Shown here: positions 10,407-20,854 of the stretch, piece by piece
Layout of the letters: each line of letters opens with the position of its first letter
How positions within the stretch are numbered: the stretch's first letter is position 1
Assembly: GCA_964514725.1 (NCBI GenBank)
Contig: CAZEUL010000020.1
Coordinates: forward strand, 11,394-75,393
Source: an uncultured Rikenellaceae bacterium
GTDB lineage: Bacteria; Bacteroidota; Bacteroidia; Bacteroidales; VadinHA17
Direction: 5' to 3'
Length of the DNA: 64,000 nucleotides
Made by a program: the position numbers and the translations under genes
Notes under the pieces: generated by a model
Seen by the model: the letters and a program-made list of their open reading frames with translations, nothing else
Databases searched by the model: none
What the model was told of the DNA's origin: nothing

Positions 10407-11645
10407 TCATTCAAATTCTGCCTTCAATATATTAACAACTTCCTTTACAGTCTCCTCCTCCAGATCGGTCCGTTTAACCAGGTCACTTATTGACAGATTA
10501 AGAACGCTTCTTGCGGTATCACAACCGATGGCTTTAAGTTCATCAATTATCCATTCTTCAATTTCATCGCTGAATTCTTCGAGGTTCACATCTTCCTCAT
10601 CCTCACCTCCCGGCTCTCTGTAGACATCTATTTCATATCCTGTGAGCTGGCTGGCCAGCTTTATATTCAGTCCGCCCTTCCCTATTGCAAGAGAAACCTC
10701 ATTGGGTTTGAGATAGATTTCTGCTCTTTTGGTTTCCTCGATAAGTTTGATCGATGTTATTTTGGCCGGACTTAAAGCACGCTGGATAAACAACTGGTTG
10801 TTGGAAGTATAGTTTATAACGTCTATGTTCTCATTACGAAGTTCCCTGACAATACCGTGAATTCTTGATCCTTTCATTCCGACACATGCACCGACCGGAT
10901 CGATACGTTCATCATAGGACTCCACTGCAACTTTTGCTCTTTCACCCGGCACCCTTACAATCTTCTTAATTGTTATCAGTCCGTCAAATATTTCAGGTAC
11001 TTCAAGTTCAAAGAGCCTTTCTAGGAAAACAGGTGATGTACGACTAAGAATTATGATAGGAGTATTGTTCCTCATCTCGACTTTGATAACGACTGCACGA
11101 ATTGAATCACCTTTTCTGAAGTGATCGGATGGTATCTGCTCACTTTTCGGAATAATTAGTTCATTACCGTCGTCATCCAATACCAGTATCTCACGTTTCC
11201 ATACCTGGTATACTTCTCCTGTCACTATCTCTCCGATCCTGTCTTTGTATTTTATGTAGATATTGTTCTTTTCAAGATCGAGGATTCTGGCAGTAAGGTT
11301 TTGTCTTAATGAAAGAATGGCCCGTCGACCGAAATCGAGAAATTTGACTTCGTCAGATACTTCTTCTCCCACCTCATAATCCTCATCAATTTCTTTTGCC
11401 TTTGATAGAGGTATCTGAGTATTAGGATCTACCAGTTCATCGTCTTCAACAACAACTCTGTTTCTCCATATTTCAAAATCCCCCTTGTCGATATTGACAA
11501 TTATGTCAAAATTATCGGCTGAACCATATTTTTTTGCCAGCATACTTCTGAAAACGTCCTCAAGGACGCTCATCATTGTCGGGCGGTCAATATTTTTCAG
11601 TTCCTTAAATTCCGAAAAGGTATCGATCAAATTAACATTTTCCAT
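10407..11645 (-). CDS. nusA: Transcription termination/antitermination factor NusA
   Basis: 412 aa with S1/KH-like core blocks (GACVGMKGSRI, AIGKGGLNIKLAS), in the conserved rimP-nusA-infB order. Confidence 0.95.
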   Translation of the reverse strand: MENVNLIDTFSEFKELKNIDRPTMMSVLEDVFRSMLAKKYGSADNFDIIVNIDKGDFEIWRNRVVVEDDELVDPNTQIPLSKAKEIDEDYEVGEEVSDEVKFLDFGRRAILSLRQNLTARILDLEKNNIYIKYKDRIGEIVTGEVYQVWKREILVLDDDGNELIIPKSEQIPSDHFRKGDSIRAVVIKVEMRNNTPIIILSRTSPVFLERLFELEVPEIFDGLITIKKIVRVPGERAKVAVESYDERIDPVGACVGMKGSRIHGIVRELRNENIDVINYTSNNQLFIQRALSPAKITSIKLIEETKRAEIYLKPNEVSLAIGKGGLNIKLASQLTGYEIDVYREPGGEDEEDVNLEEFSDEIEEWIIDELKAIGCDTARSVLNLSISDLVKRTDLEEETVKEVVNILKAEFE

Positions 11646-11664
11646 CTGGACAATCCTCTTGAAA

Positions 11665-12117
11665 TTATTTTATTGTTAGTAATATCTTTGTCGATTTTAT
11701 CTGGTCGAAATTGAATGGAATGTCTTTTGTTTCTTTTGCTTTGCCTTTAATTTTCAGTTCTGTTTCCAGGTCAAAGCCTCCTTTTGTAACATTTTTAAGA
11801 ATTCCGAAGTACTTTATGCCATCATTGGTTATCACGTTAACCTTTTTACCTTGGTTTTTAAGGTATTGTTCAATAACTAAGAAGGGCATTTCAAGGCCTG
11901 GGGAAGATACCTGTAACTCATAATCCTCCGAATCCCTGTCGAATATTTTCTCAATATGCCTGTGGAGTGCAACGCAATCATCAATGGTGATGCCTTCCTT
12001 TCTGTCGGCAAGGACTGTAATTTTGTTTGAGCTGGTCACTTTAACAGAGACAAGGAATATATCAGTGCCTGATATAAATTCTTTCACTGATTTTTCTATT
12101 TTCCCTTTGTCAATCAT
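11665..12117 (-). CDS. rimP: Ribosome maturation factor RimP
   Basis: The size (about 150 aa) and the position immediately upstream of nusA fit RimP. I place the start at the ATG at 12117 (MIDKGK...). The upstream 16 codons of the tracked ORF run through a GC hairpin and are probably not coding. Confidence 0.8.
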   Translation of the reverse strand: MIDKGKIEKSVKEFISGTDIFLVSVKVTSSNKITVLADRKEGITIDDCVALHRHIEKIFDRDSEDYELQVSSPGLEMPFLVIEQYLKNQGKKVNVITNDGIKYFGILKNVTKGGFDLETELKIKGKAKETKDIPFNFDQIKSTKILLTIK

Positions 12118-12137
12118 TTTAGCATAAGATAATAAAA

Positions 12138-12157
12138 TAGGGGACTTCGGTCCCCTA
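12138..12157 (-). terminator. Intrinsic terminator hairpin (8-bp GC-rich stem, CGAA/UUCG loop, U-tract) between the GH2 stop and the rimP start
   Basis: The minus strand reads TAGGGGAC-CGAA-GTCCCCTA followed by TTTTATTATCTT. It ends about 20 nt before the rimP ATG. Confidence 0.6.
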
Positions 12158-12184
12158 GGTCTCAATTACCCCTCAATTCGGATG

Positions 12185-12192
12185 CAAAGGTA
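12185..12192 (-). promoter_or_regulatory. Candidate sigmaA -7 box (TACCTTTG) for rimP-nusA-infB
   Basis: The minus strand reads TTAATTACCTTTGCATC, with a CTTG about 19 nt upstream as a possible -33 element. It lies upstream of the hairpin at 12138-12157. Confidence 0.4.
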
Positions 12193-12241
12193 ATTAATGT
12201 TTTGGAAATAACAAGCTTTTAATTAAAAAACTATCACGCTG

Positions 12242-14785
12242 TTAACCGGTTATGTTTATTTTAACATAAGCTCCCTTTAGTCCGCTGGAATTTGCTTTTA
12301 CAATAAATTCTCCTTTTGCTCCTTTTTCAGCTTTTACGATTACAAGGCACAATCCATTGTAAGCATTTCTTGAATGAGCCTGGAACGGGGTGTGGTTTGT
12401 GGCATCTCCGTTATCTGTAGCTACAATGGTTGCGGGGCCTTCTATGCTGAAATTGATAAGGTTACTGCTGCGAGGTACGAGATTCCCGTTTTTATCCTCT
12501 ATTTTAACCGTGATAAATATCAGGTCGGTACCATCAGCTTTTACATCCTGGCGATCTGCATTTGCAGAAAGCTGTATTGATTTCCCGGTAGTGACAACTT
12601 TATCCTCAGCCCATTCAATGCCATTTCTGTAAGCTATAACCTTAAGTTCCCCTGGTTTATATACAACATCATTCCATATCAGCCTGTATTCATATTTGCC
12701 TTTCGCTTTTCTTCCAAGAGATTTGCCATTGAGGAATAATTCTGCCTCATCTCCCGAAGTATAGACATGGACTGGAGTTATCTGTCCCAATCTTTCCGGC
12801 CAGTTCCAGTGTGGGAGAATGTGGGCCATAGGCAGGTCGGGTCTCCACTTTGACTGATACAGGAAGTAGCGGTCTTTCGGGAAGCCGGCAAGATCGACTA
12901 TCCCAAAATAACTGCTTCGGGACGGAACTTCCTTCACACCCGTTTTTTCAAGCATTTTAGTTACCTGTTCATATCCCCATGTTCCGGGTTTTGTATCTGA
13001 AAAATCACCAGCGTAAGGGGTCGGTTCTCCCAGGTAATCAAATCCTGTCCATACAAATTCTCCGTATGCTGCAGGGAATTTTTCAAGTATTTCCCATTGT
13101 TGATCGGGTGTTGAAGCCCATTCAGGATAAGCCACATCGTAAGATGTAATCTGAAAAATCCCTTTGCCAGGCAGATTATCATTCAGGTTACCTGTTACAA
13201 CCGGAAAGAAATATTCACCCCTTGAGCTTACGGTTGAAGTTGATTCACTTGAGTGAAAACCCAGATTTTCATTTTCCTTAAACGCAAAGAATTTTTCATA
13301 GGCGCTCAGGCGGTAATTGATTCCGAAAACATCAAGGGTTTTCTGGAAGCCGTCAGTTCCAGAGTCCGGATTATCGCATCCTGATGTTACCGGACGGGTG
13401 GTGTCTTCTTTCTTAATTATTGCTCTTAGGTTTTCGGATAGCCAGGGATTCTTCTGATCAGGGACCTCATTACCAATGCTCCACATTATGACTGATGGAT
13501 GGTTTCTGTCACGGCGGACCATTGCCCTCAGATCTTCTTCGTGCCATGCATCGAAAATGACATTGTAATCCGCGGGTTTTTTACCTATTCTCCAGGTGTC
13601 GAAAGCTTCGATCTGCATCAAAAATCCCATTTTATCGCATAAATCAACCAATTCAGGGGCAGGTGGATTATGGCTGGTACGAATGGCATTGCACCCCATT
13701 TCTTTCAGTATCTGCAGCTGACGTTCTGCCGCCCTTATATTGAAAGCTGAGCCAAGAGCTCCCAGATCATGGTGGTTGCAGACACCTTTTATCTCCACCC
13801 TTCTGCCATTAAGCCAGAATCCATTGCGGGGAGTAAAATCGAGAGTTCTGAAGCCGAATGATGCTTCGTAAGTGTCGCTCAATATGTTTTTCCGGGAGAC
13901 AGTTACTACAACTTTATAAAGTTGTGGATTATCCAGACTCCAGAGAACAGGATTCTTTACAGGTATATCGAGTCTGAAGTGATGAACTCCTGAAGCAGTC
14001 AGTACGGCTGATGCAAATTCAGGGTCAGCGACGGGTTCCCCTTGAATACCTGTTCGCATATCGGGTTGGTATACTGTAGCTTTTACCATTACTGCAGCCG
14101 GGCGGCCAAGATGATTTTCAACTTCTGCTTCAACACTCAACATTCCCCTTTCTTTTGTTATTTCAGGGGTGGTACAAAAAACTCCGTTATAAGCGATATG
14201 CAGTGGTGTGGTTTTTACCAGCCAGACATTACGATAAATCCCGGCTCCAGGATACCATCTTGAATCCCAGTTTTTTGTATCGAGTCTTACAGCAATGATA
14301 TTTTCACGGCCGATAAGTACATAAGGAGTAAGGTCGAGCCGGAATGAAGTATAACCATAGGGCCAGCCTCCCACGAATTTTCCGTTAAGCCAAATCCTTG
14401 CATTAGCCATTGCGCCATCGAAATCGATATAAAACCGTTTACCATTGTCCGTTTCTTCGATTTTGAAATACTTTCTGTACCATCCAATACCTTTCCAGGG
14501 GAGCAAACCTGTATTGTTTTCAAGGGAATCGTTGAAGGGCCCTTCGATGGCCCAGTCATGGGGTAGGTCAACATTGCGCCACCCGGAGTCATCAACTTCC
14601 GGTTCCTGAAGAGCATAAGGTTCTTTATTTGCAGAGACCTCTTCGGATGAAGCTGAATATTTTACAAATTTCCATCCAAGATTAAATGATTCACGTGTTC
14701 TGGCAGACTCCTGTGCTGCAAGAGAATTGTTATGCAACATTGTAATCAGTATAGTAGAAAAGGATAGAAGAATTATTCGTTTCAT
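12242..14785 (-). CDS. Glycoside hydrolase family 2 (beta-galactosidase-like), secreted
   Basis: 847 aa with an N-terminal signal peptide, the GH2 start SFNLGWKF, DLPHDW, and the catalytic region NHPSVIMWSIGNE. Confidence 0.85.
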   Translation of the reverse strand: MKRIILLSFSTILITMLHNNSLAAQESARTRESFNLGWKFVKYSASSEEVSANKEPYALQEPEVDDSGWRNVDLPHDWAIEGPFNDSLENNTGLLPWKGIGWYRKYFKIEETDNGKRFYIDFDGAMANARIWLNGKFVGGWPYGYTSFRLDLTPYVLIGRENIIAVRLDTKNWDSRWYPGAGIYRNVWLVKTTPLHIAYNGVFCTTPEITKERGMLSVEAEVENHLGRPAAVMVKATVYQPDMRTGIQGEPVADPEFASAVLTASGVHHFRLDIPVKNPVLWSLDNPQLYKVVVTVSRKNILSDTYEASFGFRTLDFTPRNGFWLNGRRVEIKGVCNHHDLGALGSAFNIRAAERQLQILKEMGCNAIRTSHNPPAPELVDLCDKMGFLMQIEAFDTWRIGKKPADYNVIFDAWHEEDLRAMVRRDRNHPSVIMWSIGNEVPDQKNPWLSENLRAIIKKEDTTRPVTSGCDNPDSGTDGFQKTLDVFGINYRLSAYEKFFAFKENENLGFHSSESTSTVSSRGEYFFPVVTGNLNDNLPGKGIFQITSYDVAYPEWASTPDQQWEILEKFPAAYGEFVWTGFDYLGEPTPYAGDFSDTKPGTWGYEQVTKMLEKTGVKEVPSRSSYFGIVDLAGFPKDRYFLYQSKWRPDLPMAHILPHWNWPERLGQITPVHVYTSGDEAELFLNGKSLGRKAKGKYEYRLIWNDVVYKPGELKVIAYRNGIEWAEDKVVTTGKSIQLSANADRQDVKADGTDLIFITVKIEDKNGNLVPRSSNLINFSIEGPATIVATDNGDATNHTPFQAHSRNAYNGLCLVIVKAEKGAKGEFIVKANSSGLKGAYVKINITG

Positions 14786-15241
14786 AAGTGTCCTTTTTCA
14801 TTGTCAATAATCAGATAAATAATCCTTTTAGGAAGTGACAAAACATGAATATAGAATTTTATTTTGATTGATGAATTATTAATTATGGGTCCCTGATGTA
14901 ATTTATTTATCTCATCAGAAATTTCCGATAATAATCAAAACTTTATCGCGACCCGGAAATATAGCAGGCATAATTATAAGCGGATGGGGAAAGGCATATA
15001 AAATGTATAAAAAGGATTAAAAATTTATCTATTTCAATTATCTTAAAATATTTAATGGCAATTCACAGAAAAGACAGTTTTTTGCCCGAACTGCAAAGGA
15101 TCAGGTTACTTTGCTGTTAGTCTTTATTGTGTACTTTTGTACTCCGGCAATCAACACGCTATTTTTAAATTTACCATAAAATAAATTATTCAAAAAAATT
15201 TTATTGAGGTAAAAACCGGTATTGCACAATAAAACTGATGT

Positions 15242-16183
15242 ATGTCTGCAGAAATTTATGAAAAAAGGGAGAAAGAACTTCTTTCTGATTGTACGTTATG
15301 TCCGCGAGAGTGCAGGGTCAACAGGTTTGAAGGAGGACAAGGGTACTGCCGTTCTGGTGCCGGAATGAATGTAGCTTCAATATGTATACATCGAGGTGAA
15401 GAGCCTGCTATAAGCGGACCTGAAGGAATCTGTAATATTTTCTTTTCAGGATGCAATATGCGGTGCATTTATTGCCAGAATTATGAAATAAGCCGGGCTG
15501 GCAGCGATTTAATGGCCAATTCAGAGGAATATGAGGAGGTACTTGATAAAATTGCAGGAATACTGGCTCTGGGAATAAAAGCTGTTGGTTTTGTTTCTCC
15601 GTCGCATGTTGTACCGCAGGTCAAAGCTATCATAAGAGGCCTGAGGAAACAAGGATTTAATCCGGTAACAGTTTATAATACGAATGGTTATGATAAGAAG
15701 GAGGTTATCAGGGGACTTGATGGACTAATTGATGTTTATTTGCCGGATTACAAGTATGCCACTCCTGAAACTGCGGCGTTGTTATCGGATACGGTTGATT
15801 ATCCTCAGGTGGCTTTGGGTGCTATTAAGGAGATGTTTTACCAGAAGGGTTCGGTATTGTTTAAAGATGATCATGGAATGGCTGAAAACGGAATATTATT
15901 AAGGCATTTGGTTTTACCCGGACATGTTGATGAAAGCATTGAAGTACTGAAAACTGTTGCATTTGAGTTGTCGACAGGAATAAATATCTCACTGATGTCA
16001 CAATATCATCCCACTCCTTTTGTTGAGGGACATCCTGATTTAAAAAGATCTCTTTACAGATCAGAATACGAGGCTGTTGTAAAGTTTATGGAAGAGTTGG
16101 GTTTCAGGAATGGCTGGATTCAGGATATTGAAAGTCATTTGAATTACAGACCCGATTTTAGCAAGGAGCATCCATTTGAATAG
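15242..16183 (+). CDS. Radical SAM protein (PflX-like, related to activating enzymes)
   Basis: CNMRCIYCQN is a CxxxCxxC radical SAM cluster motif. An extra N-terminal Cys cluster is present (CTLCPRECRVNR...GYC). Confidence 0.8.
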   Translation: MSAEIYEKREKELLSDCTLCPRECRVNRFEGGQGYCRSGAGMNVASICIHRGEEPAISGPEGICNIFFSGCNMRCIYCQNYEISRAGSDLMANSEEYEEVLDKIAGILALGIKAVGFVSPSHVVPQVKAIIRGLRKQGFNPVTVYNTNGYDKKEVIRGLDGLIDVYLPDYKYATPETAALLSDTVDYPQVALGAIKEMFYQKGSVLFKDDHGMAENGILLRHLVLPGHVDESIEVLKTVAFELSTGINISLMSQYHPTPFVEGHPDLKRSLYRSEYEAVVKFMEELGFRNGWIQDIESHLNYRPDFSKEHPFE

Positions 16184-16262
16184 TTGCCAGACGGAGGAAA
16201 ATATCAGGGTCATAATTATTTCAGTTCCTTTAATTCATTATTTGCTTTGCCAAACAAATTCA

Positions 16263-16270
16263 TAAATTTG
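16263..16270 (+). promoter_or_regulatory. Candidate sigmaA -7 box (TAAATTTG) upstream of the HD-domain gene
   Basis: Exact TAnnTTTG match, 20 nt before the GTG start at 16290. Confidence 0.35.
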
Positions 16271-16289
16271 TAGCCTAAGAATTTTTCAG

Positions 16290-17543
16290 GTGTCTTACAG
16301 GCGGAATAAAAGAAAAATCATAAATGATCCGGTTTACGGATTTATAAGTATTCCCAATGACCTTATTTACGATTTAATTGAACATCTCTGGTTTCAGAGG
16401 CTTAGGAGCATCAGGCAACTAGGGTTAACAAATTTTGTTTATCCGGCTGCCAACCACAGCAGATTTCAGCATTGCCTTGGAGCTCTTCATCTTATGGACA
16501 CAGCTATAAAAACACTCAAAAGCAAGGATGTCTGTATATCACCGGAGGAGGAAGAAGCTACTCTTGTCGCAATATTACTTCATGATATAGGGCACGGTCC
16601 ATTTTCACATGCGCTTGAGAATTCGATTGTCGATGGAATAACCCACGAGGATATGTCGCTTCTTCTTATGAACAGGTTGAATGAGGCATTCGGAGGGAGA
16701 TTATCCCTTGCAATTGAGATTTTCAGAGGCAACTATGAAAGGAAATTCCTTCATGAGCTGATTGCAAGCCAGATCGATATGGACAGGCTTGATTATCTGA
16801 AACGCGACTCTTTCTTTACAGGTGTTATTGAAGGATCTGTAGGATCAGACAGAATTATTAGGATGCTTAATGTTGCAGATGATTCTCTTGTAATTGAGGA
16901 AAAAGGAATTTATTCACTTGAGAAATTCCTTATTGCAAGAAGGTTAATGTACTGGCAGGTTTATATGCATAAGACAGTACTCTCATCTGAAAATCTTTTA
17001 GTTAAGGTTCTTAAACGTGCTAAGGAACTTGCTTTGGGAGGGGATGATTTATTTGCAACACCGGCTTTAAAATTCTTTCTGAAAAATAATATCGGGATTA
17101 AGGACCTTGGGTTGAATGGTCTTTTTACCCCGGGAATTGTTGCATTTAATTTTACCCGTCTTGATGATTCTGACATAATTTCATCTGCAAAATACTGGAT
17201 TGATCATAATGACAAAATTCTTTCTGATCTTTCAGCAAGATTGATGAGCAGAAATTTGTATGCTGTTGAACTCCAAAATGAACCATTTCCTTTACAAAGG
17301 TTGGAAACACTGGTTGAAAAAACATGCAATTCTCTGCAAATAACCCCGCAAATGGCAGAATATTATGTTTTTACAGGTAATATATCAAATCTTACATATG
17401 CTCCTGAAGGACCACATGTACGGATTTTATTGAATAGCGGAAAGATTGTAGATATTACTTCAGTATCTGATATTTTTGATCACAAATTGCTATCAGAAAA
17501 GATCATCAAATATTTCCTGTGTTATCCAAAAGAATGCAGATAA
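16290..17543 (+). CDS. HD-domain phosphohydrolase (dNTPase-like)
   Basis: RFQHCLGALHL and LLHDIGHGPFSH metal-binding HD motifs, plus DMDRLDYLKRD. The start codon is GTG. Confidence 0.8.
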   Translation: MSYRRNKRKIINDPVYGFISIPNDLIYDLIEHLWFQRLRSIRQLGLTNFVYPAANHSRFQHCLGALHLMDTAIKTLKSKDVCISPEEEEATLVAILLHDIGHGPFSHALENSIVDGITHEDMSLLLMNRLNEAFGGRLSLAIEIFRGNYERKFLHELIASQIDMDRLDYLKRDSFFTGVIEGSVGSDRIIRMLNVADDSLVIEEKGIYSLEKFLIARRLMYWQVYMHKTVLSSENLLVKVLKRAKELALGGDDLFATPALKFFLKNNIGIKDLGLNGLFTPGIVAFNFTRLDDSDIISSAKYWIDHNDKILSDLSARLMSRNLYAVELQNEPFPLQRLETLVEKTCNSLQITPQMAEYYVFTGNISNLTYAPEGPHVRILLNSGKIVDITSVSDIFDHKLLSEKIIKYFLCYPKECR

Positions 17544-17555
17544 AAAATTAATTAT

Positions 17556-18596
17556 ATGGAATTCAATGCCAAAACTATTGCCGGATTTCTGAATGGAGAA
17601 ATAGAGGGAGATCCTGAAATTAAAGTAAATACGGTTGCAAAGATTGAAGAAGGGCATAAGGATGCACTTTCATTTCTTGCTAACCCGAAATATGAACACT
17701 ACATATATACAACAAAATCTTCGATAATTCTCGTAAATAAGGACTTTGTGCCATCGGGGAAGATAGATGCAACACTGATAAGAGTTGAAAATGCGTATGA
17801 TGCATTCGCATCTTTGCTGAGGCTTGTTGATCAGTCGAGGCCCAAAAAGAAAGGGATACATCCTACCGCTGTAATTGAAGAGACCTCGGTTATTGGGAAG
17901 GATGTTTACATAGGTCCGTTTGTTTATGTTGGCAGTCACTGCCGTATCGGTGATGGCTGTTCCCTATTTCCCCATGTTTATATCGGTGATGGTACCGAGA
18001 TAGGAAAAAACACTATATTAAATTCCGGAGTGAAGGTCTATCACAATTGTGTTATTGGTGAAAGTTGTGTTATTCATGCAGGGACGGTAATCGGCAGTGA
18101 CGGATTTGGTTTTGCCCCGCAGTCGGATAGTGAATTTATGAAAATTCCGCAGATTGGGAATGTTATTATTGAGGATAATGTCGAAATAGGAGCCAATGTC
18201 GCAATTGACAGGGCTACAATGGGTTCCACTATAATAAGAAAAGGAGTTAAGCTGGATAATCTTATCCAGATTGGCCACAATGTTGAAGTGGGTGAAAATA
18301 CAGTTATGGCTGGTCAATCAGGAATTGCCGGATCATCCAAAATCGGGAAGAATTGTATGTTTGGAGGGCAGGTAGGAATTGTCGGGCATATTAAAATTGC
18401 CGATGGCACTAAGATCGGAGCCAAATCGGGTATTTCAGGTGACATAAAAAATGAGAACACTGTGGTTTTGGGCTATCCGGCAATAGATCACAGGGAATTC
18501 CTCCGATGTTCGGTGATCTTTAAAAAACTGCCTGAAATGAGGTCTTCAATAATTCGGCTGGAAAAAGAAGTTGAGGCTATCAAAAAGAGTAAATAG
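17556..18596 (+). CDS. lpxD: UDP-3-O-acylglucosamine N-acyltransferase
   Basis: 346 aa with left-handed beta-helix hexapeptide repeats, an LpxD-type N-terminus, and the gene order lpxD-lpxC/fabZ-lpxA. Confidence 0.9.
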   Translation: MEFNAKTIAGFLNGEIEGDPEIKVNTVAKIEEGHKDALSFLANPKYEHYIYTTKSSIILVNKDFVPSGKIDATLIRVENAYDAFASLLRLVDQSRPKKKGIHPTAVIEETSVIGKDVYIGPFVYVGSHCRIGDGCSLFPHVYIGDGTEIGKNTILNSGVKVYHNCVIGESCVIHAGTVIGSDGFGFAPQSDSEFMKIPQIGNVIIEDNVEIGANVAIDRATMGSTIIRKGVKLDNLIQIGHNVEVGENTVMAGQSGIAGSSKIGKNCMFGGQVGIVGHIKIADGTKIGAKSGISGDIKNENTVVLGYPAIDHREFLRCSVIFKKLPEMRSSIIRLEKEVEAIKKSK

Positions 18597-18668
18597 GCAT
18601 CCTGTTGGATTGTTCAATTTTTTTTGATTTTTTTGTACCGCAAAAATCAGAAACTAACCAAGTGAGAA

Positions 18669-20063
18669 ATGAGTGAAAAACAAAGGACACTGGCAAAAGA
18701 GGTCAGCCTTTCCGGTAAAGGATTACACAGTGGTATAAGTGTTACAATTACATTTAAACCTGCACCGGCTAATCACGGATATAAGTTTTTCAGGACTGAT
18801 CTGCCAGGTAATCCTGTCATAGAGGCACTTGCAGAGCATGTAACTGAAACATCGAGAGGTACGACACTTGTCCAGAATAATGCTTCGGTTTCAACAATAG
18901 AACATGTTCTGGCAGCATTGCACGGATTAAAGGTTGATAATGCAATAATTGAACTTAATGGGCCCGAGGCTCCAATTATGGGTGGTTCTGCCTGGAAATT
19001 TACAGAGGCAATAAAGTCGGTAGGTTTCAAAGAACAAAAGGAGGAAAGAAACTATTTCACTGTAAAGCAGAAAATTGCTTACTCGGATGAAGAACATGGA
19101 GTCGACCTGATTGTTTATCCTGATGACCATCTCAGCATTAATGTGCTTATTGATTATAATTCGAAGATTCTTGGAAATCAGTATGCAATTCTTGACTCGA
19201 TAGAAGATTTTGAGGAAGAAATAAGCAAGAGCCGCACTTTTGTCTTTTTCCATGAGCTGGAACCTCTTCATAAAAGAGGATTAATTAAGGGGGGTGATCT
19301 GGATAATGCGGTTGTTATCCTTGAAAAGGAAGTAGAGCAGGATGAGATCGACAGGATCGCTACCTTGTTCAACAGACCGGGAATAAATAAACACACTGCA
19401 GGAATTCTGAATAATACTGAGTTATTTTATCCAAATGAACCAGCCCGTCATAAACTTATGGATGTACTGGGAGATCTTGCCCTTGTCGGACAGCCGATCA
19501 AAGGGAAGGTTGTTGCAACACGACCCGGCCATTTTGCGAATACTCAGCTTGCAAGGCTAATCAGGCAGGAGATAAAGAAAGCTCATTCAAAACATAATAT
19601 CCCGGTATATGACCCTGAACGGCCACCTGTGTTTACAATTGAAGATATTAAGAAAAAAATACCTCACAGGTATCCCTTTCTGCTTGTTGATAAGATTATC
19701 TCACTTGATGAAACCACAGTTGTTGGCATAAAAAATGTTACAGTAAATGAACCCTTTTTCCAGGGCCATTTTCCCGGTGAACCAGTGATGCCTGGAGTCC
19801 TTTTGGTTGAGGCACTTGCTCAATCAGGAGGATTACTTGTATTAAGCCGGGTTGAAGAACCCGAAAAATATTCTACTTATTTCCTTAAAATTGACCGGCT
19901 TAAATTCAAACATAAAGTTGTTCCGGGTGATACTCTGATTCTCAAGATGGAACTTATTGAACCTTTACGCAGAGGGATTGTATCAATGTACGGGCAGGCT
20001 TTTGTCGGCAATCACCTTGTGGTTGAAGGCGAAATGGTGGCCCAGGTAATAAAGAACAAATAA
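18669..20063 (+). CDS. lpxC: Bifunctional UDP-3-O-acyl-GlcNAc deacetylase / 3-hydroxyacyl-ACP dehydratase (LpxC-FabZ fusion)
   Basis: 464 aa. The N-terminal half is LpxC-like (GKGLHSG..., TIEHVLAAL) and the C-terminal half is FabZ-like (PHRYPFLLVDKI, FFQGHFPGEPVMPGVL). This fusion is typical of Bacteroidota. Confidence 0.92.
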   Translation: MSEKQRTLAKEVSLSGKGLHSGISVTITFKPAPANHGYKFFRTDLPGNPVIEALAEHVTETSRGTTLVQNNASVSTIEHVLAALHGLKVDNAIIELNGPEAPIMGGSAWKFTEAIKSVGFKEQKEERNYFTVKQKIAYSDEEHGVDLIVYPDDHLSINVLIDYNSKILGNQYAILDSIEDFEEEISKSRTFVFFHELEPLHKRGLIKGGDLDNAVVILEKEVEQDEIDRIATLFNRPGINKHTAGILNNTELFYPNEPARHKLMDVLGDLALVGQPIKGKVVATRPGHFANTQLARLIRQEIKKAHSKHNIPVYDPERPPVFTIEDIKKKIPHRYPFLLVDKIISLDETTVVGIKNVTVNEPFFQGHFPGEPVMPGVLLVEALAQSGGLLVLSRVEEPEKYSTYFLKIDRLKFKHKVVPGDTLILKMELIEPLRRGIVSMYGQAFVGNHLVVEGEMVAQVIKNK

Positions 20064-20070
20064 ACGTGAC

Positions 20071-20841
20071 ATGATTTCAAATCTGGCATTTATTAATCCG
20101 AATGCTGTTTTAGGAGAGAATATTACAGTAGAACCTTTTGCTTATATTGCCGGCAATGTTGTAATAAAGGAAGGATCATGGATAGGTCCTAATTGTACAA
20201 TCCTCGATGGAGCAAGGATCGGTAAAAACTGCAGGATATTTCCCGGTGCAGTGATTTCAGGTGTCCCCCAGGATATGAAGTTCAAAGGCGAAGAGACAAC
20301 GGCTGAAATAGGAGACAATACAACTGTAAGAGAAGGTGCTACTGTAAACAGAGGAACAGCTTCCTCCGGAAAGACTGTTGTAGGCAGCAATTGTCTTATC
20401 ATGATTAATGCACATATCGGCCATGATTGCCAGGTGGGAAATAATTGTATTCTTGGCAATGGAATAGGTCTGGCAGGTGAGGTTAAAATTGATGACTGGG
20501 CAATTATCAGCGGAGGTACTCTTGTACATCAGTTCTCAAGAATTGGAGGACACGTAATAATTGGCGGAGGATCAAAGGTAAGGATGGATGTCCCGCCTTT
20601 CATTAAAGCCGACCGTGATCCTCTTAAATATCTTGGGCTCAATACTGTCGGGCTTACACGCAGAGGTTTCGGAAAAGAGCGGATCGATACAATTCATAAT
20701 ATTTACAGAGCCTTATACCAGAATGGAATGAATATTTCTCAGGCTCTGGAATTTATTGAGAAGAATTTTCCGGATTCCGCTGACCGGAACTATATTATTG
20801 AATTCATAAGGAATTCAGAAAGAGGAATTATAAGAGCTTAA
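20071..20841 (+). CDS. lpxA: Acyl-ACP--UDP-GlcNAc O-acyltransferase
   Basis: 256 aa hexapeptide-repeat protein with an LpxA-type C-terminal helical domain, following lpxC/fabZ. Confidence 0.9.
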   Translation: MISNLAFINPNAVLGENITVEPFAYIAGNVVIKEGSWIGPNCTILDGARIGKNCRIFPGAVISGVPQDMKFKGEETTAEIGDNTTVREGATVNRGTASSGKTVVGSNCLIMINAHIGHDCQVGNNCILGNGIGLAGEVKIDDWAIISGGTLVHQFSRIGGHVIIGGGSKVRMDVPPFIKADRDPLKYLGLNTVGLTRRGFGKERIDTIHNIYRALYQNGMNISQALEFIEKNFPDSADRNYIIEFIRNSERGIIRA

Positions 20842-20854
20842 ATAACAGGCAATT

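Noticed and set aside
12118-12165. Upstream 16 codons of the tracked rimP ORF (MRPRGPKSPILLSYAK)
   Set aside because: These codons translate the GC-rich terminator hairpin. The ATG at 12117 gives a normal-length RimP.
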